From the NCBI GenBank assembly GCA_043228905.1, contig JBHGNT010000004.1, forward strand, positions 10,044,001 to 10,108,000: a DNA stretch of 64,000 nt, in the 5' to 3' direction. The position numbers and the translations under genes were made by a program. Within the stretch, counting starts at the first letter, position 1, and the number at the start of each line of letters is the position of its first letter. Below the pieces are notes generated by a model, which saw only the letters and a program-made list of their open reading frames with translations, searched no databases and was not told the DNA's origin. Positions 13,264-24,090 of this stretch are shown in pieces. The stretch comes from Azolla caroliniana (lineage: Eukaryota; Plantae; Polypodiophyta).

Positions 13264-13513
13264 GTTGTGGCACAAGCGGATTGGCCACATCAACCTCCAA
13301 AAGCTCTAGGCAATGCAATCGAAAGGAGTCATCATCGGACTCCCAACCTTCAAAGAGAAAGAGATTGAAGGTGTATGTGTAGCATGCCAATTCGGCAAGC
13401 AACATCGGCACCTGTTTCCGAAGGAGAGGAACGTGAGCAAAGGCATACTCGACATGATTCATTCCGATGTATGGGGACCGGCTCAGACGGCTACATTCGG
13501 CGGATGTCGATAC

Positions 13514-16500
13514 TGTTGGGATTACGGTCCCTTCGGATGGGATGGTCGGATATCGGAGATGAATGCCGACAAGCCCGGTTGCGGTTTCGGAACCAGATGA
13601 TGAAGACCCCGGCTTCGGAGCCGGATGACGAATGTACCCGGAGAGAGATCCGGATGCGGGGACATATCTGTGAATATGTTTGCCAAGGGCCCTTGAGGCT
13701 ATAGTTGTAAATAGCCCCAAAGTCATATGTGTATAAATATGACTTAGGGCAAACAGTTTTAACGTTGCTACTCATTTTTCTGTTTTTCCACTCAAGAGGA
13801 GTGAAGAGAGAGCAGCCGTGAGAGAGATAGAGCGTGAGAGAGGAAGAGGTCGACGCCTCTGTGTATTTCCGCCGCCTGTGGCGAGGACAGCGAGCTCAAG
13901 GTCGTCGCCTTGCAGCTCGCCATTGTATACTTCTCTGTGCATAGTTTTGGTTCGGAGTCTTGTACTCCCGTGGTTTTTTCCCGTACAGGGTTTTCCACGT
14001 TAAATCGTGTGTCCACTCTATTTTTCGCATTTCCCATTTTCTGCAACAATGATTCGTGTGTTTCCTTGGTTGTGGCCGAGAGGTGAAGTTTGGAAAGTGT
14101 CGATTAATTTTCCATCAATTTGGTATCAGAGCGAGCTGCTGCAGAAAATGGAAGGCGGCGGCAGAGGGCAGCCGGGGATGATGGTGCTGAATGCGCAGAA
14201 TTACGCCGACTGGAAGATCAAGATGGAGGATCTTCTGATTGTTCGGGACCTGTACGAACCGATTGACAGGTCGGAAATACCGAAGGGAGTACTTGAGTCG
14301 GAATGGAGGCTTCTGAACCGGAAAGCCGTTGCAACCATTCGGCAATACGTGGACGTGAGCGTTCTACAACATGTGGCGAACGACATCAACGCATATGAGA
14401 TGTGGCGGAAGCTGTCGGGCCTCTACGAGAGGAAGAATGCGTTGAACCGGACCTCCCTGATGAGGAAGATAGTGAACCTCAAGTACCGGGACGGCGAGAG
14501 TATGGTGGAACACGTAAGCACGTTCATGGGATTCGTGAACCAGCTTGCGGCGATCAAGTTCCCGCTGGAGGATGCAATGCAAGCCATCATTCTGATGTGT
14601 ACACTGCCGGAAAGCTGGGAGAACTTGGTGGTGACTCTCAGCACCTCCTGCACGGAAGATAACTTGTCCCTACAAACAGTAAAGACAAGTATTTTGAACG
14701 AAGAAGCGCGTCGGAGAGATAAAGAACCGGCCTCCGACTCGAAGGCGCTGCTTACCGAATCGGAACGGGGAAGACAATGGAACCGGAGTCCGCAAAGACG
14801 GGAGAAGTCGGGGACCCGGTCGCAGTCAAGAGGAAGACCCACATGCTTCCACTGTGGGAAGCCGGGGCACTTCCGGAAGAATTGTCGGCATTACCGAAAG
14901 GACAACGGAGCCGACGACACCGATTCGAAGAGGTCACCGGAGAGAAACGGTGCATACCGGGGAGCCACGGACCGGAGAGGTCCGGATCGGCGAGGGCAGG
15001 ACCGGAAAGGAACGACGGCACTCGCGGCAAGTGAGGAAGAAATCATGCTCATCACCGAAGAAGGTGAACTAAACATTGCCGGCGATGAGATGACCTGGGT
15101 GGTCGATTCCGGAGCATCGTTCCACCTGACCCCGGAGAGAAGATACTTCTCATCCTACACAGCCGGTGAGCATGGCTGTGTTCGGATGGGAAATGAAGGT
15201 ACGTGCCGGATTGCCGGCATAGGAGACGTGTGGTTGACAACCTCGACCGGATGCAAAATGCTGCTGAAGGATGTCAGACACGTTCCGGAGGTTCGATTGA
15301 ACCTGATTTCGGCCGGGAGGCTAGACGATGAAGGCTACACAGGTAGCATCCGGAACGGCGTAATGAAGTTCAGCAAGGGGAGCCTGATAGTGGCTCGGGC
15401 CCGGAAAGTCAACACACTATACCTTATGAATGCCTGGTTGTGTTCGGAAGAGTTGAACGTGGCAGCCGACACTGCCGGTGAGCTGTGGCACAAGAGACTG
15501 TGCCACATGAGTGAGAAGGGGATGAAGAGGCTTGCAGAAGACAACCTTATTCCAGTGAAGCATGTGCACCTGGAGAAGTGCACCGATTGTCTGGCCGGTA
15601 AGCAGAACCGAACCTCCTTCCATTCAAGGCCACCGACGAGACGTAGCGCACCATTGGAGTTGGTGCACACTGATGTGTGTCAGGTAGAAACGAAGTCACA
15701 TGGCGGAGCCCAGTACTTCGTAACATTCATTGATGATCACAGCCGGAAGCTGTGGACGGCACCGTTGAAGACAAAGGACCAAGTGTTGTGCGTCTTCAAA
15801 GAACTCCACGCGAGAGTGGAAAGGGAATCCGGCAAGAAGCTGAAAGCGATACGAGCGGATAACGGAGGGGAATACCGGGGGCAGTTCGCGGAGTACTGTC
15901 GCTCGAAGGGAATCCGGCTCGAGTTTACTGTGCCGAAGACGCCGGAACTGAACGGGTTGGCCGAGAGGATGAACCGGACCATAATGGAGAGGGTCCGGAG
16001 TATGCTGGCGCATGCGAAATTACCCAAGGGGTTTTGGGCTGAGGCAATGTCGACGGCGACATACGTGATAAACAGATCACCCTCAGTACCTTTGGACGGA
16101 GACACGCCGCAGAGAGTGTGGACCGGCAGGGAAGTATCCTACCGGCATCTGAAGGTGTTCGGGTGTCTCGCATATGTGCATGTGGCTAAGGACCGGAGAG
16201 GAAAGCTAGATCCAAAGACCCGGCCATGCATATTCCTCGGTTACGGCGATGACGAGTTCGGCTACCGAGTATGGGACCCGGTCGACAAGAAGATATTCCG
16301 GAGTCGTGATATCATCTTCATGGAGAACAAGACACTCGCCGACTGGGAGTCGGAGAAGAAGATGAAGAGCTCCAAGTCGACCGGTGAGGATCAACTCTAC
16401 GAGGAGCAGTCCCGACCGGCGAGGGACCGGTTAGCACTCGAGGATCCGGCCGAAGACGGTGAAGAAACAGAACCGGCCGAAGAAGATGAAAATGATACCG

Positions 16501-18832
16501 GAACCGGCCCCGATCCCGAAATGGATTCGGATGAAGAAGAATCGGAAGAACCGGTTACCGAAGCTCCGGAACGGAGATATCCTCTAAGAGAGAGAAGGCC
16601 CCCCCGGAGATTTCCGGAACCAGAGCACGTGCTGCTAACCGACGAGGGGGAGCCGGAGAGCTTTGAAGAAGCAAAGCATGACACCCAGAGCCGCAGGTGG
16701 TTGAGTGCCATGCAGGACGAGATGGATTCCCTGCATGAGAACCACACATATGAACTTGTGGAGTTGCCGAAAGGAAAGCGGGCACTTCGAAACAAGTGGG
16801 TGTTCAAGCTGAAACCGGGAGATGCCGGAAACCCCCCGAGATACAAAGCCAGGATCGTGGTGAAGGGGTTTCAGCAGAAGAAGGGCGTCGACTTCGACGA
16901 GATATTTGCCCCGGTAGTGAAGATGACCTCCATCCGGACGGTGCTGAGCATAGCGGCAAGCATGGACCTCGAGGTAGAACAGATGGACGTGAAGACGGCA
17001 TTCCTTCACGGTGACCTCGAAGAAGAGATCTACATGCAGCAACCGGAAGGATTCGAGAAGAAAGGGAAGGAGCACCTGGTATGCCGGTTGAAGAAGAGCC
17101 TTTACGGACTGAAGCAGGCTCCCCAGCAATGGTACCGGAAGTTCGACTCTTTCATGACCGACGAAGGGTACCTCAAAACGCAGTCCGACCACTGCGTGTT
17201 TGTGAAGAAGTTCGAAGGAGGAGACTTTCTAATACTCCTCCTGTACGTGGACGACATGTTGATCGTCGGACGGGACCAGGTCAAGATACGGATGCTGAAG
17301 AAGGCTCTTCACCGAACCTTCTCAATGAAGGACTTGGGTCCGGCGAGACAAATACTAGGGATGCACATCATCCGGGACCGGAGCAAGAAGCAGTTGTGGC
17401 TGTCACAGGAGAAGTACGTGACAAAGGTGCTTAAACGGTTCAACATGTCGGAAGCAAGACCGGTCGGATCGACCCTCCCGGCAAACTGCAAGCTGTCCAG
17501 CAAGCAAAGCCCCAAGACAAAGGCTGAGAAGGAGGACATGATGAAAGTGCCATATGCCTCTGCCGTCGGAAGCTTGATGTACGCAATGGTGTGTACAAGA
17601 CCGGACATTGGATACGCAGTCGGAGTGGTGAGCCGGTACATGAGCAATCCCGGCAAAGAGCATTGGAACGCGGCCAAGTGGATACTCCGATACCTGAAGG
17701 GCACGGCAAACGTGTGCCTCCGATTCGGCTCCGGTAAGCCCGAACTCGACGGCTTTACCGATTCGGATATGTCGGCTGATGCAGATACCAGCCGGTCCAC
17801 ATCAGGGTATGTGATGACGTATGCAGGGGGAGCTGTTTCATGGCAGTCGAGGCTGCAGAAGACGGTTGCGTTGTCAACCACGGAGGCGGAGTACATGGCG
17901 GCTGTTGAAGCCGGCAAGGAAATAATATGGATGAAGGACTTCATTAGAGAGCTCGGTATCGAGCAGGAGGAGTACCGACTCTACTGCGACAGTCAGAGTG
18001 CCATCCACCTTGCGAAGAACGCGGCCTATCACTCCCAGACGAAGCACATCCAGCGAAGATATCACTGGATCCGGGAAAGGATAGAAGACAAGGAGTTCGT
18101 GCTGACGAAGGTCCACACGGACGAGAACGGGTCGGATATGCTGACCAAGGTGCTCACACCCGACAAGCTGGAAGCATGCCGGAAGAGGATCGGATTGGAG
18201 AGACATCCCATGCCGAAGTGAAGGGGGAGTTTGTTGGGATTACGGTCCCTTCGGATGGGATGGTCGGATATCGGAGATGAATGCCGACAAGCCCGGTTGC
18301 GGTTTCGGAACCGGATGATGAAGACCCCGGCTTTGGAGCCGGATGACGAATGTACCCGGAGAGAGATCCGGATGCGGGGACATATCTGTGAATATGTTTG
18401 CCAAGGGCCCTTGAGGCTATAGTTGTAAATAGCCCCAAAGTCATATGTGTATAAATATGACTTAGGGCAAACAGTTTTAACGTTGCTACTCATTTTTCTG
18501 TTTTTCCACTCAAGAGGAGTGAAGAGAGAGCAGCCGTGAGAGAGATGCGTGAGAGAGGAAGAGGTCGACGCCTCTGTGTATTTCCGCCGCCTGTGGCGAG
18601 GACAGCGAGCTCAAGGTCGTCGCCTTGCAGCTCGCCATTGTATACTTCTCTGTGCATAGTTTTGGTTCGGAGTCTTGTACTCCCGTGGTTTTTTCCCGTA
18701 CAGGGTTTTCCACGTTAAATCGTGTGTCCACTCTATTTTTCGCATTTCCCATTTTCTGCAACAACGATTCGTGTGTTTCCTTGGTTGTGGCCGAGAGGTG
18801 AAGTTTGGAAAGTGTCGATTAATTTTCCATCA
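13514..18832 (+). mobile_element. Intact, young Ty1/copia retrotransposon (Tnt1/Tork-like)
   Basis: LTRs 13514-14117 and 18232-18832 differ by about 3 substitutions and one small indel; PBS TGGTATCAGAGC 14121-14132; PPT 18220-18229; TSD GATAC. Confidence 0.97.
14148..18221 (+). CDS. Copia Gag-Pol polyprotein (gag, PR, IN, RT, RNase H)
   Basis: Uninterrupted ORF from the first ATG after the PBS; CFHCGKPGHFRKNC, WVVDSGAS, LWHKRLCH, DNGGEY, YVDDML, TDSD, KHI motifs. Confidence 0.95.
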   Translation: MEGGGRGQPGMMVLNAQNYADWKIKMEDLLIVRDLYEPIDRSEIPKGVLESEWRLLNRKAVATIRQYVDVSVLQHVANDINAYEMWRKLSGLYERKNALNRTSLMRKIVNLKYRDGESMVEHVSTFMGFVNQLAAIKFPLEDAMQAIILMCTLPESWENLVVTLSTSCTEDNLSLQTVKTSILNEEARRRDKEPASDSKALLTESERGRQWNRSPQRREKSGTRSQSRGRPTCFHCGKPGHFRKNCRHYRKDNGADDTDSKRSPERNGAYRGATDRRGPDRRGQDRKGTTALAASEEEIMLITEEGELNIAGDEMTWVVDSGASFHLTPERRYFSSYTAGEHGCVRMGNEGTCRIAGIGDVWLTTSTGCKMLLKDVRHVPEVRLNLISAGRLDDEGYTGSIRNGVMKFSKGSLIVARARKVNTLYLMNAWLCSEELNVAADTAGELWHKRLCHMSEKGMKRLAEDNLIPVKHVHLEKCTDCLAGKQNRTSFHSRPPTRRSAPLELVHTDVCQVETKSHGGAQYFVTFIDDHSRKLWTAPLKTKDQVLCVFKELHARVERESGKKLKAIRADNGGEYRGQFAEYCRSKGIRLEFTVPKTPELNGLAERMNRTIMERVRSMLAHAKLPKGFWAEAMSTATYVINRSPSVPLDGDTPQRVWTGREVSYRHLKVFGCLAYVHVAKDRRGKLDPKTRPCIFLGYGDDEFGYRVWDPVDKKIFRSRDIIFMENKTLADWESEKKMKSSKSTGEDQLYEEQSRPARDRLALEDPAEDGEETEPAEEDENDTGTGPDPEMDSDEEESEEPVTEAPERRYPLRERRPPRRFPEPEHVLLTDEGEPESFEEAKHDTQSRRWLSAMQDEMDSLHENHTYELVELPKGKRALRNKWVFKLKPGDAGNPPRYKARIVVKGFQQKKGVDFDEIFAPVVKMTSIRTVLSIAASMDLEVEQMDVKTAFLHGDLEEEIYMQQPEGFEKKGKEHLVCRLKKSLYGLKQAPQQWYRKFDSFMTDEGYLKTQSDHCVFVKKFEGGDFLILLLYVDDMLIVGRDQVKIRMLKKALHRTFSMKDLGPARQILGMHIIRDRSKKQLWLSQEKYVTKVLKRFNMSEARPVGSTLPANCKLSSKQSPKTKAEKEDMMKVPYASAVGSLMYAMVCTRPDIGYAVGVVSRYMSNPGKEHWNAAKWILRYLKGTANVCLRFGSGKPELDGFTDSDMSADADTSRSTSGYVMTYAGGAVSWQSRLQKTVALSTTEAEYMAAVEAGKEIIWMKDFIRELGIEQEEYRLYCDSQSAIHLAKNAAYHSQTKHIQRRYHWIRERIEDKEFVLTKVHTDENGSDMLTKVLTPDKLEACRKRIGLERHPMPK

Positions 18833-19793
18833 GATACTATGTGGCCTTCATTGACGACTTCTTCAAGCACACCTGCATCTACCCCATGCGGCAAAAGAGT
18901 GAAGTGTTCGGACACTTCCAAAAATTCAAGAGTGGTGTCGAAAAGGAAACAGGTCAACATGTACGATGTCTTCAGTTGAATGGAGGAAAAGAGTACTTCT
19001 CCGATTAATTTTCGGCTTTTCTCCGGAAAGAAGGAATTCGGCGAGAGTTTTCGTGTTGACATACGTTGTCGTAGTGTATTTTGTACACTACGTGAAAAAG
19101 TAAAAATAATATAACCGATTTAATTACATATAAATAAATAAAATAAGAATATTAAGATATTTATCACGTGCATAGGGCAAGATTCAAACCTTGTACCTCC
19201 ACGTAGCCAAACCTCAACTTTACCATTATGCTACCTTATCTTTAGTGTTCTATAAATAGATTTAATAACTATAACTGCTTTATTTGCGCCTACCTTTATT
19301 AAAAGGTAAATCATGCATTTTTAGAGTGCGTGAATATTTTATAGAAAAAAGCAAGCAACTAAAAAGTGACTCATGCACATCTAGCGTGCATGAGCACTAT
19401 ATTTAGCAAATAAAAGCAAGGATTAGAAAAGCATCACATGCACATTTAGTGTGCATGAACATATGAGAAAAAGCATGTAGCTATGCTTAATCTCTCCCAT
19501 CACTATATAAGGATGGGGAGCACATTGTAGTTTTTGTTGATTATTTTTCTATAATGATCAATCAATCTAAAATATTCGTGGGATTCACGAATTTGCTAAA
19601 ATAATTCTCTCTTACTACCTAAATATTGACTAAATATACTAAACTCGTGGGATTCACGAGATTTTTATCTTATAACTCTTTATACCTATTCTTTACTAGC
19701 CTTATTTGTATTTTTCTTTTCTCCTAGTCCAAAACCCCGGTGGTTCCCACCCGACTCACGCAAACGATCCGGAGCCAAAAGGCACGACATAGT

Positions 19794-19811
19794 TGGTGAA
19801 CCCGACGTGAA
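19794..19811 (+). promoter_or_regulatory. Primer binding site, tRNA-Trp
   Basis: TGGTGAACCCGACGTGAA is complementary to the 3' end of plant cytosolic tRNA-Trp (recalled sequence); identical at 22398-22415 and 61315-61332. Confidence 0.85.
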
Positions 19812-19827
19812 GACGGGTGGCAAGGAG

Positions 19828-21810
19828 ATGGAGAATCAACAAGAGGCAATGAGCATAACGATGATGATGATGTTCGAGCGGATGCTACAAGAACAACGAG
19901 TGATGTCGGAGATCACGGGGGCAGTAAAGCGGCTCGTACAACGAAACGGACAATTCAACGGAAACGATGTGTCACGCTATCTACGTGACTACAAGGCGGA
20001 GATGATACGATGTGGGATACCGGAAGGATTGCAAGTGACATCCTTTAATCGGGTGGCCACGGATGAGCTACAAGAGAGAATCCACAAGATACGGCAACAA
20101 AACTCGACATGGGGGTCATTCGAAGAAGCTTTACGAGAGTCATATGATTACAAGAGATCGAAGGGACAAGATCGGCGAGAATTCGACGAATGGGTGGCAT
20201 CGGAGAAGACCCACCGAAGTGCAACACAAGCATTCCTAGAGTTCGAGCATCGTTTTGCTCGACTCTCGGAGCGGGAACAACGATTGGTGGGAGAAGATAA
20301 AGTCCTAATGTTCGTAAAATCGATCGATCGAAAAGAAAGGATGGACATCGGGATCAAACTCGAAGACGATGAAGGTACGAATGGTCTTACCGAAGATTGG
20401 GCCGAAGTCCAAAGGGTATGCCGGAGACATGATGAGAGGAAGATGAGAATCTTGTCAACGACATGGCCGATGAAGGATGGTCGATTGAAGACAAACGATG
20501 GAGCCGATATGAAGGCCGAAATACAACATGATGGTCCGACGGAAGAGGGTGTAAAACAAGCTACCCTCTTGTCTTGCGAAAGAACAACGACAAAGGATAA
20601 GGCCGATAACCCAAGTGTAGAAGAAGATTTCGGAATACAAGTGTCCGAAACATCGGGTGAAAAAGGGGTAAGCATAATTGATGTTTGCATAATTGATGCA
20701 GTGAAAGAGAGCAAGGAGGACTTGATTGAGGAGGTCACCAAGAAAGATGACATCGAATCGAAGGTGGCTATGGACGAATCAATGGCGGATGGCCATATCG
20801 AGATTTCTCCACCACTGATTCCAGAGACTCCGGCGGTTGCGTTCGAAAGGCAACGTGAGACCGAAGAGACGGAAGGTGGTGGAGAGAAAACAAAGGTCGA
20901 AGCCGATTCATACGACGGAGAGATAGCCGAGAAGGAGGCTATGGTTGAAATGACAGAGGATGATAATACCGAGGATTCCTACCCACTAATTCTAGAGACT
21001 TCGGCGGTTGTGTCCGAGAACCAACGTGAGACCGGAGAGACGGGAGGTGGCGGCAAGAAAGGTAAAGTCGGAAGCCGGTTCGGATGGAAGGTGATCCGGA
21101 CGGGATTCCGATCCGAAAGAAAGTCTAACCGGGTAAAAGAGGATTCGACCGAAAGTCGACCCGAAAGAAAGCCGAACCGAAAGCAAGAGAATTCGGCCGA
21201 AAGACGACACAAACGAAAGCCGAACCGGGCGAATGAGGATTCGGCCGAAAGACGACCCGAAAGAAAGCCGACCCGAAAAGGGGTCGAATCGGTTCTGACT
21301 TGGCCGAACGCGAATATGGATGGAAGCCGACCTAGCCGAAAGCCAATCGGACGAGATCGATCCGGAAAGAAGCTAATCCGACTCAACCGGAGGTTGGACC
21401 GGTCGAGGCTGGTGAAAACGAGGAAAAGAAAGCCAACCGAAACCGAAACCGATAGATCGAAACCGGGGCGGAAGGAGACCGACTCAATCAAAACCGAACA
21501 ACCGATTCCGATTCGGCCGAATACGAATCCGATCGGAAGCCGATCAAACCAAAAGTTGATCGGACGAGAGCGATCCGGAAAAAAGTCAAGGTTGATGAAG
21601 ACAAGAAAGAGCCCAGTAAAAGACACTACCACGAATGAACAAAGAATATGGTGGATCGGATGGCGACAATGGTTCGGGTGGAAAGAATGGGTCTACTCAA
21701 AATGGAGAGACAAAGTTGACATAGCGGGACAAACGGAGGATAAAGGGGAGACAACGAGCATCGGCAACTTCGGCACATACCGGAGGATGTGCGGGTTCGG
21801 AGTGGGCTAG
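19828..21810 (+). CDS. Gag N-terminal domain fused to acidic, Arg/Lys-rich and Trp-rich regions
   Basis: Intact ~660-aa ORF. N-terminus (MLQEQ...FNGNDVSRYL...NGLTEDW) aligns with gags at 61426 and 2158; no zinc knuckle; stop abuts LTR2. Confidence 0.8.
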   Translation: MENQQEAMSITMMMMFERMLQEQRVMSEITGAVKRLVQRNGQFNGNDVSRYLRDYKAEMIRCGIPEGLQVTSFNRVATDELQERIHKIRQQNSTWGSFEEALRESYDYKRSKGQDRREFDEWVASEKTHRSATQAFLEFEHRFARLSEREQRLVGEDKVLMFVKSIDRKERMDIGIKLEDDEGTNGLTEDWAEVQRVCRRHDERKMRILSTTWPMKDGRLKTNDGADMKAEIQHDGPTEEGVKQATLLSCERTTTKDKADNPSVEEDFGIQVSETSGEKGVSIIDVCIIDAVKESKEDLIEEVTKKDDIESKVAMDESMADGHIEISPPLIPETPAVAFERQRETEETEGGGEKTKVEADSYDGEIAEKEAMVEMTEDDNTEDSYPLILETSAVVSENQRETGETGGGGKKGKVGSRFGWKVIRTGFRSERKSNRVKEDSTESRPERKPNRKQENSAERRHKRKPNRANEDSAERRPERKPTRKGVESVLTWPNANMDGSRPSRKPIGRDRSGKKLIRLNRRLDRSRLVKTRKRKPTETETDRSKPGRKETDSIKTEQPIPIRPNTNPIGSRSNQKLIGRERSGKKSRLMKTRKSPVKDTTTNEQRIWWIGWRQWFGWKEWVYSKWRDKVDIAGQTEDKGETTSIGNFGTYRRMCGFGVG

Positions 21811-22431
21811 TGTCGTAGTGTATTTCGTACACTACGTGAAAAAGTAAAAATAATATAACCGATTTAATTACATATAAATAAAAAAAATAAGAATATCAAA
21901 ATATTTATCACGTGCATAGGGCAAGATTCAAACCCTATACCTCCACATAGCCAAACCTCAACTTTACCATTATGCTACCTTATCTTTAATGTTCTACAAA
22001 TAGATTTAATAACTATAAGTGCTTTATTTCCTAAAACACCAACAATCAATAAAATATACTCGTGGGATTCACGAAGTTTAAGATAATCTATCTCTTTCAA
22101 TCTAAATTCATATTCTTACATAAATATTGATTAATGTAATACTTGTGGGATTCACAAGGTTTGATCTCTTTTCTCAATCTACTCTAATCTATTCTAAATT
22201 ATTTCAATTTATTACTACGATTTAGATAAACTAAAACAATTATACTTGTGGGATTCACAAGTTTCTATATCTCTTTCTTATAATCTATTCATATTCATAA
22301 CTAGATTAGCCTCAAATTCTTCCTCCTCCTAGTCCAAAACCTCGGTGGTTCCCACCCGACTCACGCAACGATCCGGAGCCGAAAGGCACGACACAGTTGG
22401 TGAACCCGACGTGAAGGCGGGTGGCAAGGAG

Positions 22432-24090
22432 ATGGAGAATCAACAAGAGGCGATGAACATGATGATGATGATGTTCGAGAGAATGCTACAAGAACAACGC
22501 GAGATGTCGGAGATCACGACAGTAGTACAACGGCTCGTGCAACAGAACGGGCAATTCGATGGAAAGGACGTGTCACGCTATCTACGTGACTACAAAATGG
22601 AGATGTTGCGATATGGTATCTCAGAAAGATTGCAAGTGTTATCTTTCAACCGGGTGGCTACGGATGAGCTTCAAGAGAGAATCCACGAGATACGACAACA
22701 AAGCCCGATGTGGGAGTCCTTTGAAGAAGCTATACGAGACACATATGACTATCTAAGACCGAAGCGGACGAGGACATGGTCCACGAACGGCGGTCAACAG
22801 TGGGTGAAAAGCGGCCACCGACTACCACCGAAGGAGAGCTTGATGCGGAAGGGTTCGGAGATGCATGAAAAGTCGCAAGTCGACATTGAAGGGGAGCTTA
22901 AAACCGAACCAAAGTCGAGGCCAACAAAGGACGAGGAGGAGGAAGATCGAGGACGAAAGGGTATCCCCACACCGGTTCCAGAGACTTCGGCGGCTGTGCC
23001 CGTGCACCAACGTGAGACCGGAGAGACGGAATGTGTCGGTGGAAAAGTGGAGGACCGGAAGGGCAACGAGGAAGACAAAGTAAATGAGCACGAACGAAGG
23101 GATTCCTTCACCATTGTTTCGGAGACTTCGGTACTGGAGCCCGGGTGTCGACATAACACCGAAGATAAGGAAAGTGGCGGCAACGAAACGAAGGTCGAAG
23201 CCGATGCATACGAAGGAGAGATAGCCAAGGAGAACATGGCTATGGGTGAAACAACGGAAGATGATAATACCGAGGATTCCTACCCACTAATTCTAGAGAC
23301 TTCGGCAGTTGTGTCCGAGAACCAACGTGAGACCGGAGAGACGGGAGGTGGCAGCAAGAAAGGTAATATCGGAAGCCGGTTTGGATGGAAGGTGATCCGG
23401 ACGGGATTTCGATCCGAAAGAAAGCCGAACCGGGTAAAAGAGGATTCGACCAAAAGTCGACCCGAAAGAAAGCTGAACCGAAAGGAAGAGAATTCGGCCG
23501 AAAGACGACACAAACGAAAGCCGAACCGGGCGAATGAGGATTCGGCCGAAAGACGACCCGAAAGAAAGCCGACCCGAAAAGGGGTCGACTCGGTCAAAAC
23601 CGATCGACTGAGTCTGACTTGGCCGAACGCGAATATGGATGGAAGCCGACCTAGCCGAAAGCCGATCGGACGAAACCGATCCGAAAAGAAGCTAATCCGA
23701 CTCAACCGGAGGTTGGACCGGTCGAGGCTGGTGACAACGAGAAAAAGAAAGCCAACCGAAACCGAAACCGATAGATCGAAACCGGGGCGGAAGGAGACCG
23801 ACTCAATCAAAACCGAACAACCGATTCCGATTCGGCCGAATACGAATCCGATCGGAAGCCGATCAAACCGAAAGTTGATCGGACGAGAGCGATCCGGAAA
23901 AAAGTCAAGGTTGATGAAGACAAGAAAGAGGCCAGTAAAAGACACTACCACGAATGACAAGGGCCAAGAATATGACGAGAGAGAACAAAGAATATGGTGG
24001 ATCGGATGGCGACAATGGTTCGGGTGGAAAGAATGGGTCTACTCAAAATGGAGAGACAAAGTTGACATAGCGGGACAAAACGGAGGATGA
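22432..24090 (+). CDS. Second Gag-derived protein (shorter Gag part, same basic and Trp-rich C-terminus)
   Basis: Intact ~552-aa ORF from the ATG after the PBS; paralogous to 19828-21810 with a different middle region. Confidence 0.8.
   Translation: MENQQEAMNMMMMMFERMLQEQREMSEITTVVQRLVQQNGQFDGKDVSRYLRDYKMEMLRYGISERLQVLSFNRVATDELQERIHEIRQQSPMWESFEEAIRDTYDYLRPKRTRTWSTNGGQQWVKSGHRLPPKESLMRKGSEMHEKSQVDIEGELKTEPKSRPTKDEEEEDRGRKGIPTPVPETSAAVPVHQRETGETECVGGKVEDRKGNEEDKVNEHERRDSFTIVSETSVLEPGCRHNTEDKESGGNETKVEADAYEGEIAKENMAMGETTEDDNTEDSYPLILETSAVVSENQRETGETGGGSKKGNIGSRFGWKVIRTGFRSERKPNRVKEDSTKSRPERKLNRKEENSAERRHKRKPNRANEDSAERRPERKPTRKGVDSVKTDRLSLTWPNANMDGSRPSRKPIGRNRSEKKLIRLNRRLDRSRLVTTRKRKPTETETDRSKPGRKETDSIKTEQPIPIRPNTNPIGSRSNRKLIGRERSGKKSRLMKTRKRPVKDTTTNDKGQEYDEREQRIWWIGWRQWFGWKEWVYSKWRDKVDIAGQNGG

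Noticed and set aside
14007-14147. N-terminal extension of the 1404-aa ORF (similarly 22345-22431 and 19807-19827)
   Set aside because: Begins at non-ATG codons in the LTR/PBS; the ATG after the PBS is the likelier start.
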